Positions 48,201 through 59,790 of a stretch of 64,000 nt of DNA are shown piece by piece; the first letter of the stretch is position 1; the number at the start of each line of letters is the position of its first letter. Position numbers and translations under genes: made by a program. The notes under the pieces are model-generated. The model did not search any database, was not told the DNA's origin, and saw only the letters and a program-made list of their open reading frames with translations. The DNA lies in the NCBI RefSeq assembly GCF_032444005.1, contig NC_091286.1, forward strand, positions 1,178,001 to 1,242,000, read 5' to 3'. The stretch is from Ranitomeya imitator. Taxonomy: Eukaryota.

Positions 48201-50082
48201 AGCGGGCACTGACTGCGGGGAGTATGGAGCGGGCACTGACTGCGGGGAGTGTGGAGCGGGCACTGACTGCGGGGAGTGTGGAGCGGGCACTGAATGCGGG
48301 GAGTATGGAGCGGGAACTGACTGCGGGGAGTATGGAGCGGGCACTGAATGCGGGGAGTGTGGAGCGGGCACTGAATGCGGGGAGTGTGGAGCGGGCGCCG
48401 GGCACTGACTGCGGGGAGTGTGGAGCGGGCACTGAATGCGGGGAGTATGGAGCGGGCGCCGGGCACTGACTGCGGGGAGTATGGAGCGGGCGCCGGGCAC
48501 TGACTGCGGGGAGTGTGGAGCGGGCACTGACTGCGGGGAGTATGGAGCGGGCACTGACTGCGGGGAGTGTGGAGCGGGCACTGACTGCGGGGAGTGTGGA
48601 GCGGGCACTGAATGCGGGGAGTGTGGAGCGGGCACTGAATGCGGGGAGTATGGAGCGGGAACTGACTGCGGGGAGTGTGGAGCGGGCACTGAATGCGGGG
48701 AGTGTGGAGCGGGCACTGACTGCGGGGAGTATGGAGCGGGCACTGACTGCGGGGAGTATGGAGCGGGCACTGACTGCGGGGAGTGTGGAGCGGGCACTGA
48801 ATGCGGGGAGTATGGAGCGGGAACTGACTGCGGGGAGTGTGGAGCGGGCACTGAATGCGGGGAGTGTGGAGCGGGCACTGAATGCGGGGAGTGTGGAGCG
48901 GGCGCCGGGCACTGACTGCGGGGAGTGTGGAGCGGGCACTGAATGCGGGGAGTATGGAGCGGGCGCCGGGCACTGACTGCGGGGAGTATGGAGCGGGCGC
49001 CGGGCACTGACTGCGGGGAGTGTGGAGCGGGCACTGACTGCGGGGAGTATGGAGCGGGCACTGACTGCGGGGAGTGTGGAGCGGGCACTGACTGCGGGGA
49101 GTATGGAGCGGGCACTGACTGCGGGGAGTATGGAGCGGGCACTGACTGCGGGGAGTATGGAGCGGGCACTGACTGCGGGGAGTATGGAGCGGGAACTGAC
49201 TGCGGGGAGTGTGGAGCGGGCACTGACTGCGGGGAGTATGGAGCGGGCACTGACTGCGGGGAGTGTGGAGCGGGCACTGACTGCGGGGAGTATGGAGCGG
49301 GCACTGACTGCGGGGAGTATGGAGCGGGCACTGACTGCGGGGAGTATGGAGCGGGCACTGACTGCGGGGAGTATGGAGCGGGAACTGACTGCGGGGAGTG
49401 TGGAGCGGGAACTGACTGCGGGGAGTGTGGAGCGGGAACTGACTGCGGGGAGTATGGAGCGGGAACTGACTGCGGGGAGTGTGGAGCGGGAACTGACTGC
49501 GGGGAGTGTGGAGCGGGCACTGAATGCGGGGAGTGTGGAGCGGGCACTGACTGCGGGGAGTATGGAGCGGGCACTGACTGCGGGGAGTATGGAGCGGGCA
49601 CTGACTGCGGGGAGTATGGAGCGGGCACTGACTGCGGGGAGTGTGGAGCGGGCACTGACTGCGGGGAGTGTGGAGCGGGCACTGAATGCGGGGAGTGTGG
49701 AGCGGGCACTGAATGCGGGGAGTGTGGAGCGGGCGCCGGGCACTGACTGCGGGGAGTGTGGAGCGGGCACTGAATGCGGGGATTATGGAGCGGGCACTGA
49801 ATGCGGGGAGTGTGGAGCGGGCACTGAATGCGGGGAGTGTGGAGCGGGCGCCGGGCACTGACTGCGGGGAGTGTGGAGCGGGCACTGAATGCGGGGAGTG
49901 TGGAGCGGGCACTGAATGCGGGGAGTATGGAGCGGGCGCCGGGCACTGACTGCGGGGAGTGTGGAGCGGGCACTGAATGCGGGGAGTGTGGAGCGGGCAC
50001 TGAATGCGGGGAGTATGGAGCGGGCGCCGGGCACTGACTGCGGGGAGTATGGAGCGGGCACTGACTGCGGGGAGTATGGAGG
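33201..50082. repeat. GC-rich 27/34-bp minisatellite, about 16.9 kb
   Basis: Unit GCACTGACTGCGGGGAGTATGGAGCGG, with or without GCGCCGG. Higher-order duplications with periods 2418 and 2121 bp are visible in the ORF track. Confidence 0.98.
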
Positions 50083-50529
50083 GACTAATTGGACTGTGCC
50101 CATCGTTGATTGGTCGCGTTAGCCATGACAGGCAGCTGGCGAGACCAATCAGCGACTTGGATTCCATGACAGACAGAGGCTGCGACCAATGAATATCTGT
50201 GACAGACAGAAGGACAGACAGACAGAAATGACCCTTAGACAATTATATAGTAGATTATACAGGAAAGAATGTTTTTTTCACATTTTTTTTGTGTAAAATC
50301 CATTTTATGTTCGGTTTTGTACATTTTCTTGTCACTCCATAAAAGTGGCATAATACTCTGACAACATTGTTCCCAGCAGTGACCTGGGAGCCAGAGACGC
50401 TTCCAGGGGTCTTCCCCATGCTGTTCCCATTCATATTCTGCACTGTTTCCATCAATTTCAGTGATTTTCATGTTCTCCAGCATCCGAGCATTTTAGTGCT
50501 CGCCCATCACTAACACTTACTACATAATA

Positions 50530-51200
50530 GTGTCTCCTCCTCTCCACCAGATCCCACATAATGTCTCCTCATCACCAGATCCCACATAATGGCTCCACAT
50601 CACCACCAGATCCCACATGTCTCCTCATCAACAGATCCAACATAATGGCTCCACATCAGCACCAGATCCCACATAATGTCTCCTCATCACCAGATCCCAC
50701 ATAATGTCTCCTCATCACCAGATCCCACATAATGGCTCCACATCACCACCATATCCCACATGTCTCCTCATCAACAGATCCAACATAATGGCTCCACATC
50801 AGCACCAGATCCCACATAATGTCTCCTCATCACCAGATCCCACATAATGTCTCCTCATCACCAGATCCCACATAATGGCTCCACATCACCACCAGATCCC
50901 ACATAATGGCTCCACATTACCACCAGATCCCACATGTCTCCTTATCATCACCAGATCCCATATAATGGCTCCACATCTCCACCAGATCCCACATAATGGC
51001 TCCACATCTCCACCAGATCCCACAGAATGTCTCCTCCTCCTCACCAGATCCCACATAATGTCTCCTCATCACCACCAGATCCCACATAATGGCTTCTCAT
51101 CACCACCAGGTTCCACATAATGGCTTCTCATCACCACCAGATCCCACATAATGGCTTCTCATCACCACCAGATCCCACATAATGCCTCGTCATCTTCTCC
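50530..51200. repeat. Degenerate 27-30 bp minisatellite
   Basis: CACCAGATCCCACATAATG(T/G)CTCC(T/A)CAT units. Confidence 0.88.
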
Positions 51201-51307
51201 AGACCCTACGGGATAATGTCTTTCTGTCACCAGGTCACAGACAATACTGACGGAGAATGAATCAATAGTGATTGCCGCTGATCTCATTTTGCTGACTCTG
51301 ATTGTAC

Positions 51308-51427
51308 CTCGGCTATGGTCCAGCTAGTTCCAAATTCCTGTGGATTTGACACCTCGAGGTCCTCCGGAGTCCTCATCTCGTTAACAGTCTTAAGGTCAAA
51401 GTTTCCACAGAGTCCTTCAAGTGCACC
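51308..51427 (-). CDS. otog: Otogelin exon (end of VWD domain), 120 bp, phase 0/0
   Basis: AG|[40 protein letters not shown]|GT. Matches my recollection of mammalian OTOG ([26 protein letters not shown]). Confidence 0.92.
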
Positions 51428-51490
51428 CTGAGAAGAGAAGAGTCGTGATGAAGGCTGCTGCATTACGACATGGGGCCGCTCATGTCTTAC

Positions 51491-51637
51491 CTGCCACTGG
51501 GGCCCAGCCTGAATATGGAGGGTTGTTCTCTGGTCCCACAGAAGTGTTATGTACTCTGAGGGAAAGTGGACGAAGGTGAAGAACCCAGCCTGCCAGACAT
51601 GGACCTCCTGGCCCTTATCAATGACACTGAATGGACT
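51491..51637 (-). CDS. otog: Otogelin exon, 147 bp, phase 0/0
   Basis: AG|[49 protein letters not shown]|GTAAG. Confidence 0.92.
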
Positions 51638-51710
51638 CTGTGAAGACCAGAAGACAGTCAGGGAACACCTACACCAGTCTCTGAAAAACATAGTAGATTT
51701 GCTACTTTAC

Positions 51711-51842
51711 CAGAGATCCTGTATGATCATCTAGGAGGATGAGTGAGCGGCCCATGCTAATAGAGATGACTTTCCGGCAGACGACCCCCACACTGTAACA
51801 CTTCACATTCTCTGCAGTCACAGAGAAGTTACCAATACGAGC
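51711..51842 (-). CDS. otog: Otogelin exon, 132 bp, phase 0/0 (not in the ORF track)
   Basis: Manual translation gives AG|ARIGNFSVTAENVKCYSVGVVCRKVISISMGRSLILLDDHTGSL|GTAAAG, which is VWD-type and in frame with its neighbours. Confidence 0.9.
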
Positions 51843-51994
51843 CTGAGAAAGAAAGAGCCAACATGAGAGGGGCTATCCTGTAGACCTCATTCAAAGCACA
51901 AGAGCTGAGAGCCACAGGAAAGAAGAGAGAGATCACAGCCTACGGGCCCAAACTAGGAGCCCTGACTGTCAGAACATCTTACAGGGGGACTCAC

Positions 51995-52133
51995 CTTTAC
52001 AAGATGAACTTTGCATGTGCCAACAAAATCAAAGGTGAAACCATCGAAAGTTCGGAAATGGCGATCCCCGTAGAAGGTGCACATCGATGGGCACGGATGG
52101 AAGCTGCACTGGAAGGCGCCATGGTGGCAAACA
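51995..52133 (-). CDS. otog: Otogelin exon (start of VWD domain), 139 bp, phase 2/0
   Basis: AG|[47 protein letters not shown]|GTGAG, containing the VWD motif C..YGD.H..TFDG. Confidence 0.93.
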
Positions 52134-52819
52134 CTAGAACACATCACCACAAAGAGGTTCCAGACAACCACAAAATGACAGCATAATAATCTCCTGTCAT
52201 GGGGCAGGCTAGGCTGGGGGTAGAGGCGCATATGCCCATCGGGTTGCTCTCCTAGCTGCTGCGCAGTGCCACGGGCTTCTCCGTTGACCTGACCGGCACT
52301 GCGCCTTTAATAGCACGTGTGCTGGCTGCAGCAATCTCTACCACTTTCCGCAGAGAGGAGCTTCGACAAAGCATGTTTGCGGGATGGGAGACAAACTGGG
52401 AGAAGGTGAGCACTGTGTAAAAACATCACTAATGAATACGAATGTCTGTGTTTGTGTAAATTCATATGTTTATTTATAGGAATCTTTTTAATGTATAAGT
52501 CTTAAAATATGTATATGCCTGTATTTGTGTATACAGCATATCACAGAAGTAAGTACACCCCTCACATTTCTGTCAATTGTGAGACAGTGACCCCTGTTAC
52601 AGCTAGGGGGTGCTGTATGGGCTCTCCAGAATGTGCATGGAAGCGTAGTGAGGCCATGAGGGCGTACTGCAGACACAGGTGTGGCTGTAATTAGAATAGT
52701 GAAGCAGTGACTGATTAAACAGCCCTGTAGTAGTGGGGGAGGTGTGTCAGTGTGTTCTTGGAAGCAGACAGGGCAGTTGTCTGCAGAGCTCTCTCTGTGT
52801 GGAGCAACACAGAGGCTAA

Positions 52820-53246
52820 AGGTACGTGTCCACGTTCAGGATGGCCGGCGGTTTTGATGGAGCTGCAAACTCACTCCGCCCAAAGCTCCGCCCCCTTCTG
52901 GAGGATGTGTTCATTGCACACATCCGGAATCATCGCACCCCACACATAGGGCCCTGTGTTATACCTTGCGGTGACGGAGCATCGCCGCAAGGTAAACGGA
53001 CATGCTGCGATCTAAAAAGATGTGCCGCATGTCCGAAATCGCAGGGCCGCCGGATGCGTGCTACCACGCATAGTGGAGACGGGATTTCATAAAATCTGCA
53101 TCTCTATGCAGCGTCAAACAGCATGTCCGAAATCGCAGGGCCGCCGGATGCGTGCTACCACGCATAGTGGAGACGGGATTTCATAAAATCTGCATCTCTA
53201 TGCAGCGTCAAACACGCAGCGTTTCCTGAACGTAGAAACATATCCT
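52820..53246. mobile_element. MITE, Harbinger-like (TAA/TTA target), with an internal 94-bp tandem duplication
   Basis: Imperfect TIR AGGTACGTGTCCACGTTCAGGA / TCCTGAACGTAGAAACATATCCT; duplication at 53027-53120 and 53121-53214. Confidence 0.65.
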
Positions 53247-53491
53247 TAAGGAACCAGAGATACTGACACCCTGCGTCTTGGGCTGTCTTATGTGAACCCG
53301 GCTGCACTCCAGAGGATAAAGAGTGCAGTGCGCTGAGTGAGTACAGAGACTTGTTACCGGCGTGCGGTCACCCAGGGAAACTGGACAGAGGGAAGTTCGG
53401 CCTGTGTATTGACTGCATCATATAGCCATGCATTATTAATGGACTGTATGAAGAAGCTGAATACTATAATGACTGTGTGAAGTAACACAAT

Positions 53492-55476
53492 CAGGGCCGG
53501 CGTCAGCACCCGGCACAGCGGGCAAATGCCGGGGCCCTGGGGAGAGAGGGGGGCCCACTTAGCTGTCATAGATACAGCTGGGAGAGCAGAGCAGGAGATA
53601 ACATGCTCTCTCCCCCCACAAAGTCACTGCTGGCTGCGTTCTCTTAACCCCTATGTGCCAGCTCTGACAAAAGCATCTTCTCACTCAGTCAGTGCAGCCA
53701 GGCAGGCACACATGGGGGTTAACAGAAGGCAGCCAGTGCGACTGTTTGTGGGCGGAGAGAGCACGGTCTCTGCTCTCCCCACTGGGTGGCTGCAGACAGT
53801 GCTGAAGTTTATCAGGCAGATTCCGGAGGAGCTCCGTCCTACCAGTGCCTGAGTGCAAAGGTATCTTGCAGTTGTGGCTCAGTCTGCTGCTGTCTGTCTC
53901 CGCTGCCTAAAAATGTGGGTGATGTCTGGAGGAGCAGCTGGTGGGGTGCAGCCTGTAGCCACCCAGCTCACCCAGAATACATGCATGCTGCACCAAACCT
54001 GCACCAGTGGGGTAGGAAGAAGCTTAACCCCTTCCCATCTGTATGAAGGTTATTGCTGAACCTTAAAGATAACAATCCGACCCGCATAAATGGGGTTAAC
54101 CAGATGCCAGGAGGAAGGGGAGCTGCTGCCATGGATAAAACTGAGCTGTGGGCTGTACGTTGGGGCCCCGTGGCCCCAGGCTGGTGACTGGAGGGACTCT
54201 GCCCAGTGCTGGCATGTGGGTGATTTCTGCTCCGGAGTCTCAGCTTCTCTCCTCCACATCACACTGTGCAGTCACAGCAACATTGGTTGTCTCTGTCCAG
54301 GTCCAGCAGCTGCCACCGCTCCCACCACGGACATGGCATCACTTAACCCTTCCCCTGCAGCCACCGGCAACAAATCCACATTATTCCTTGATTAAATCAG
54401 GTTCCAACCCAATAGAGGAGCAGACATTTCCTGCTGCCATTAGGGTCCGGGAGGGGGTGACATTGGCTGCCCTGCTACTCTGTAGTGGGGGGTGACAAGT
54501 GCAACATGGGGTAACGATGACGGAGAAATGCACAGGATAATAGTGAGCGCGACAGAGGGCAGTGTATGGTATGGAGCAATCAGGGGGTGGGCTGCAGGAT
54601 CCCCCCATACTGTACATGACTGCTCGGGACAGGGAGGCGTTTAATGACTTCTAATGACAGGGCACTAATTGGGTCATTAGGGTTTGTGGAAAGGATTCAG
54701 CATCAGGTCCCTCATTAATGCCCGAGCCGCCTGTTACTTTGTAGCACAGATCTGTTGGGGCCGCAAAACCAAACAACGTTGTTTATGTAGAAAAGTCTTT
54801 GTTTCATAGAAAGACTCAAAACAGAAAAGCACCTCTCCTGTATATATACACTGCACAGCACCTTTCCTCCTGTATATATACATTGCACAGCACCTCTCCT
54901 GTATATATACACTGCACAGCACCTTTCCTCCTGTATATATACACTGCACAGCACCTCTCCTGTATATATACACTGCACAGCACCTTTCCTCCTGTATATA
55001 TACACTGCACAGCACCTCTCCTGTATATATACACTGCACAGCACCTTTCCTCCTGTATATATACACTGCACAGCACCTCTCCTGTATATATACACTGCAC
55101 AGCACCTTTCCTCCTGTATATATACACTGCACAGCACCTCTCCTGTATATATACACTGCACAGCACCTTTCCTCCTGTATATATACACTGCACAGCACCT
55201 CTCCTGTATATATACACTGCACAGCACCTTTCCTCCTGTATATATACACTGCACAGCACCTCTCCTGTATATATACACTGCACAGCACCTTTCCTCCTGT
55301 ATATATACACTGCAGAATCTACAATAGCTGTCACTCATGTAAGAAGTGAAATCTGGCATTGTACTATACATTTCTCTGCCGTATCTGTGCATCATAAATC
55401 AGGGTATGTGTTAAAGGGGGGGGGGCCCACTGAGACTCTTTCGCCCAGGGCCCTCGAAAACCTGGAGCCGGCCCTG
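53492..55476. mobile_element. Non-autonomous hAT element, 1985 bp
   Basis: TIR CAGGGCCGGC / GCCGGCCCTG; 8-bp TSD AACACAAT (53484-53491 and 55477-55484). Confidence 0.92.
54830..55314. repeat. About 8 x 61-bp dimeric minisatellite (29 + 32 bp)
   Basis: CCTCTCCTGTATATATACACTGCACAGCA alternates with CCTTTCCTCCTGTATATATACACTGCACAGCA. Confidence 0.95.
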
Positions 55477-56352
55477 AACACAATAAAAGAACGTTTTGTT
55501 TGAACTTGCTTGGGTCACTGCCGTTTCACTCTGTATGGTCCTACTGCTGCATCACACAATATTTTATTATTTCTTTTCATGGGACAACACTGAAGAGCTG
55601 ACACTTTGATACAATGTACAGTAGTCAGTGTGCGGACTGTATAACAGTGTAAATGTTGTGCCCTCGAAAATAATTTAACACAGTCATTAATGTCTAACCT
55701 GCTGGCAGCAAAAGTGCGTACACCCCTAAATGAAAATGGCCAAATTATGCCCATATTGTCAATATTTCTCTGACGCCTGTGACGGCACCATGGAGAGGGG
55801 CGATCTGCCCACCAAGGACAGGAAACCTACAGATAAAAAGGCGGTACCTCTCTCCCACATCAGTTGGTTTCCTGTCCTTGATGGGAGACCTACAGAAGTC
55901 CTTACCTACAGAGGACGAATGTCGTGGGAGTCCGGGGCCAATCAGTCTGATCCAGGCAGCGGGGGTCCCCCTGCCTCGGCTGGTGTGGTGACCCGAAGCA
56001 CCACTGCTGGGGCTAGTGGGCGAGGAGAGGTGGCAAGGAGTTCGTGGCCACCTCTCCAGGTAAGAAGAAGCAGCAGCATCCAAGAGGGCTCCCTCTATGG
56101 ACGGGGATTCAGCATTTCTTCCCCCAAGCGTCAGTCTGTCGGCTGAAAGCCCGGAAGTTCCGGGAACCAGCGTGCACGCGTGATGATGCGCGGCGCCATC
56201 TTGTGGGCGGCATTATCTGTATGCGCGTGCGTGGGATTAGAACGCGCGGTCTCGCGAGAGCGGGCAGCGTTTACTGCGCATGCGCGGGTTCAATTAAGCG
56301 GGCGGGAATCACTGCTATTAAAGGGGGAAGCAGAAACCGGGTCATCGCTTTT

Positions 56353-57890
56353 CATGGAGCTTAACCAGCATTCCCCTAACATGAGCGACCTGGAACAGGA
56401 ATCGCCCCTATCTAGATCATCACCACCGCAGCAGCAGCAAAAGCGACGGCCGCAGAAAGGACACCAGGATGTTACCGGTAAAGGACGCTCAGGTTCACTA
56501 CACAGTAAGGAGTCCAGTACAGCGTCCGGCACAAGGGATAAGCTGATTACAGACGCAGATCATCCCCAACCGGTATTTATGGGTCCATAAGGTGGTAAGT
56601 GATCTTCGTGAAAGTCAGTGATAGTAAGGATATATATTTGTCTCTTCTTACTATAGGGGAAGAAAAGCTTAGGCAAATCTAAGCATAGAGTATGCGCCCT
56701 TTGTAGAGAGGATCTTCCTTCTACGTGGGAGAAGAGGCTTTGTAGCACATGTACACAACAGACAGTGTCCGAAGGGCTTCCCGGGTTCGCAGCAGACCTC
56801 AAAACCCTGATAAAAAAAATCAGGTGGAAGATACTTTTAAATCCCTAAAGGGGGGGAGGAAGCGGAGAAAGACCAGATCCCCATCTCCTGAGTCCAGTGA
56901 TACGGATAGCGAAGATGTGGACTCGGATACATCTAATTCTTCCTCTTCATCATCTTCTTCCTCTGGGGGTTGTAGCCGTTTTTTCTCTAGAAGAGACAGA
57001 CAGCCTCGTTAAAGCAGTTAGGAGCACTATGGGGCTAGCGGACCCTCACCCAAAAAGATCAGTACAGGACATTATGTTTGGGGGTCTCGAGCAAAAAAAG
57101 AGGAGAGCCTTTCCTCTTAATGAGAAAATATTATCATTGATTAAAAAGGAGTGGAAGAAACCTATAAGGAAAGCCTTACTAACGCTGAAAAGAAAATACC
57201 CTTTTGATGAAGAATCTTGCTCCTTCTGGGAAAAAGCCCCTAAACTAGATGTTGCCATCGCTAAGGCATCAAAAAAATATGCCCTTCCATTCGAGGACAT
57301 GGGGGTCCTGAAAGGCCCCATGGACAAAAAGGCAGATGCTTTTCTCAAAAGTTCATGGGAAGCAGCTGGGGGAGGGCTAAAACCGGCGGTTGCTGCCGCA
57401 TGTACATCCCGGTCCCTAATGGTCTGGTTAGACCAACTAGAAATCCAGCATAAGGAGAGGTCATCTCGGGACTCAATCTTAAACACCTTGCCAGTAATGC
57501 GAGGAGCTGCCGCTTTCTCAGCTGATGCCTCCGCTGATTCAATCAGACTAGCTGCTAGGTCATCAGCTTTCTCTAATGCAGCCAGGCGAGCCCTTTGGCT
57601 GAAATGTTGGCCAGGGGATCTCCAAACAAAATCTAAATTGCGTACCATCCCCTGTGAAGGAGAATTCTTATTGGGACCCACTTTAGACATCTTAGAGAAG
57701 GCAGGGGATAAAAAGAAATCATTCCCCTCCCTTGGGTTTCCATCCTGTAAGAGGCCCTTTCGGAGCAAGAGGTTCATCCAGAGGAAGCCGGGGGGAAAAA
57801 ACAAGATAAGTGGAAAGATAAGAGAAACAAGAACAAGGGATTTTTGTTCAATAAGAGCCCCACTGACAACAAAAAGCCTGCCCAATGAAT
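56353..57890 (+). pseudogene. DIRS ORF1 (gag-like), frameshifted, with a possible intron
   Basis: CALC-x13-CSTC motif, a serine/acidic tract, and PKLDVAIAKASKK..LPFED, AARRALWLKCW segments typical of DIRS1 ORF1. Confidence 0.7.
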
Positions 57891-59790
57891 GTTTGCCCCA
57901 GGTGGGGGGAAGACTGTCCCTCTTTCTCTCGACCTGGGAGAAAATTACCAGCAGCCCATGGATTTTGAACATAATAAAATCAGGACTAAAATTAAAATTT
58001 CACAAACTTCCTCGTCCCTCCTTCATTATGACATCACTGAGGTCTTCGGAGGAAGAACAACTAGCATCAGAAAAAGAAATTATGGGGCTAGTAGGCAAGG
58101 GGGTTCTCCTGGAAGTCCACCCCCCCCCCCCCCAAGAAAGGGGGAAAGGATATTACTCCCCTCTGTTCCGGAGGAAAAAACCAGATGGATCCTACAGAAC
58201 AATTATAAACTTGAAAAGCCTAAACAAATATCTGGAAGTTCAGTCGTTCAAAATGGAAACAATAAAAACATCAATAAAAATGCTGTTTCCACTTTGTTTT
58301 ATGGCAGTCCTGGATCTGAAGGATGCCTACTATCACGTTCCTATTCACAAAGACCACCAAAAATTCCTCAGGATGGCAGTCCTCATCAGGGGGGTGACAT
58401 GTCATTTTCAATTCTCAGCCCTTCCCTTCGGGCTAGCCATAGCTCCGAGAATCTTCACCAAATTAGTTGCAGAGGTGATGGCCCACCTGAGGGAACAAGA
58501 CACCCTGGTAGTGCCATACTTCGACGATTTCCTGGTAATCGGCAAATCTTCACAACATTGCAAAAGTCAGCTATAAAGAATCATGAGCTCATTAAAAAAC
58601 CTGGACTGGTTAGTAAACTTAACAAAATCCAGACTGTTGCCATGCCAAATCCAGGAGTATCAGGGTCTTACTTTGGACTCTGTAAGGCAGTAGTGCCGCC
58701 TTCCATCAGAAAGAGTGCAAAAGATGGTGGGCCTAGTATCCAGAATAAGGAATTCCCCCTGCATAACTCTCTGCCAAGCTATGTCCCTCTTGGGATCCAT
58801 GACGGTTTGCATCCCTGCAGTCCAATGGGCTCGGCTTCATTCGAGGGGCCTTCAATGGCAAATTTTGTCAGAAGTCTCTCTAGAAGGAAATTTAGAAGGT
58901 CGGTTCAGTTTATCTCCAAACACGGCTCTCTCGCTAGATTTGTGGATGTGGCAGAACAATCTCTCTCAAGGACTCCCCTGGGTAACCCCGGTCTCAAAAG
59001 TAGTCACTACAGACGCGAGCCTCAGCGGGTGGACGGCACATCTGAACGACCTGTTAGCCCAAGGGACTTTGAAACTGATCCTGGAGAATGTATCTTCCAA
59101 CATGAAGGAACTACTTGCGGTCAAGTTAGCACTCCTAGAGTTCCTAGATTCCTTTCGCTCCAACCAAGTCAGAGTTATGTCAGACAACAGAGTAGTAGAA
59201 GCGTACCTGAATCACCAGGGGGGTACCTGCTCTCAGAGTCTGATGGAAGTAACCAAATCAATCTTCCACATAGCCTAAAACAATCTTCAGTCTCTATCAG
59301 GCCTTCATATAAAGGGTGTAGACAATTACAGAGCAGACTTTCTGAGTCGTTCTCGCCTAAAACAAGGGGAATGGGAATTGAATCAGGCAGTGTTCATCCA
59401 GATCTCACAAAGGTGGGGGGTACCAAGCATAGACCTCTTCGCCAACAACTTAAACAAAAAAGTAGACACTTTTTGCTCCATAACACCATCGGGGAGTCCC
59501 GTATCACTGGATGTGTTTCTGATTCCTTGGCAGCATCAGCTAGGGTACGCCTTTCCCCCAATTGCTCTATTTCCAGCAGTTCGAGAAAGATTCGGGAAGA
59601 TGGGGCTCATGTGATATTAATAGCTCCGTTCTGGCCGAAGAGGGCATGGTTTTCTTGGATGATGAGGATGTCTATCACCGATCCCTGCGTACTCCCGCAT
59701 CTCCCAGACCTCCTCTCCCAGGGTCCAGTTCAACAGCCGCAGGTTGCAAGTTTACACTTGACAGCCTCGCATTTCAGAGGGAACTATTAG
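57889..59790 (+). pseudogene. DIRS ORF2: RT, RNase H and methyltransferase-like domain (stops and frameshift), overlapped by ORF3
   Basis: VLDLKDAYYHVPI, LPFGL..APRIFTK, PYFDDFL; TTDAS, NMKELLAV, SDN; IDLFA, YAFPP. Confidence 0.92.

Larger units (their letters stand above)
31550..50254 (-). mobile_element. Non-autonomous Helitron swollen to 18.7 kb by internal minisatellites
   Basis: The minus strand begins A|TCTACTATATAATTG and ends CTAG|T after a degenerate subterminal hairpin. It sits in an AT dinucleotide with no TSD, and no Rep/helicase ORF is present. Confidence 0.72.
52578..55556. mobile_element. Solo LTR (about 560 bp net) hosting a MITE and a hAT element
   Basis: TGTGA...TCACA ends; 4-bp TSD CAAT (52574-52577 and 55557-55560). 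Removing it restores the Tc1 TIR. Confidence 0.82.

Noticed and set aside
33044-50242. ORFs of 2000-4300 aa rich in Pro and Ser on the otog strand, as a mucin-like otogelin exon or a new gene
   Set aside because: All three minus frames are open simply because the C-rich unit lacks stop codons. The 34-bp variants shift frame, the array lies within Helitron-like termini, and otogelin's mucin-like region lies much further downstream than this intron.
51308-52133. Assignment to otogl, vwf or a mucin
   Set aside because: The WDQRTT, FDLKT.NEMRTPE and CKVHLVK motifs match OTOG as I recall it, not the paralogs. BLASTP should confirm.
53357-53445. AG...GT-bounded open segment as an upstream otog exon
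   Set aside because: It lies inside the solo LTR and lacks the expected Cys pattern.
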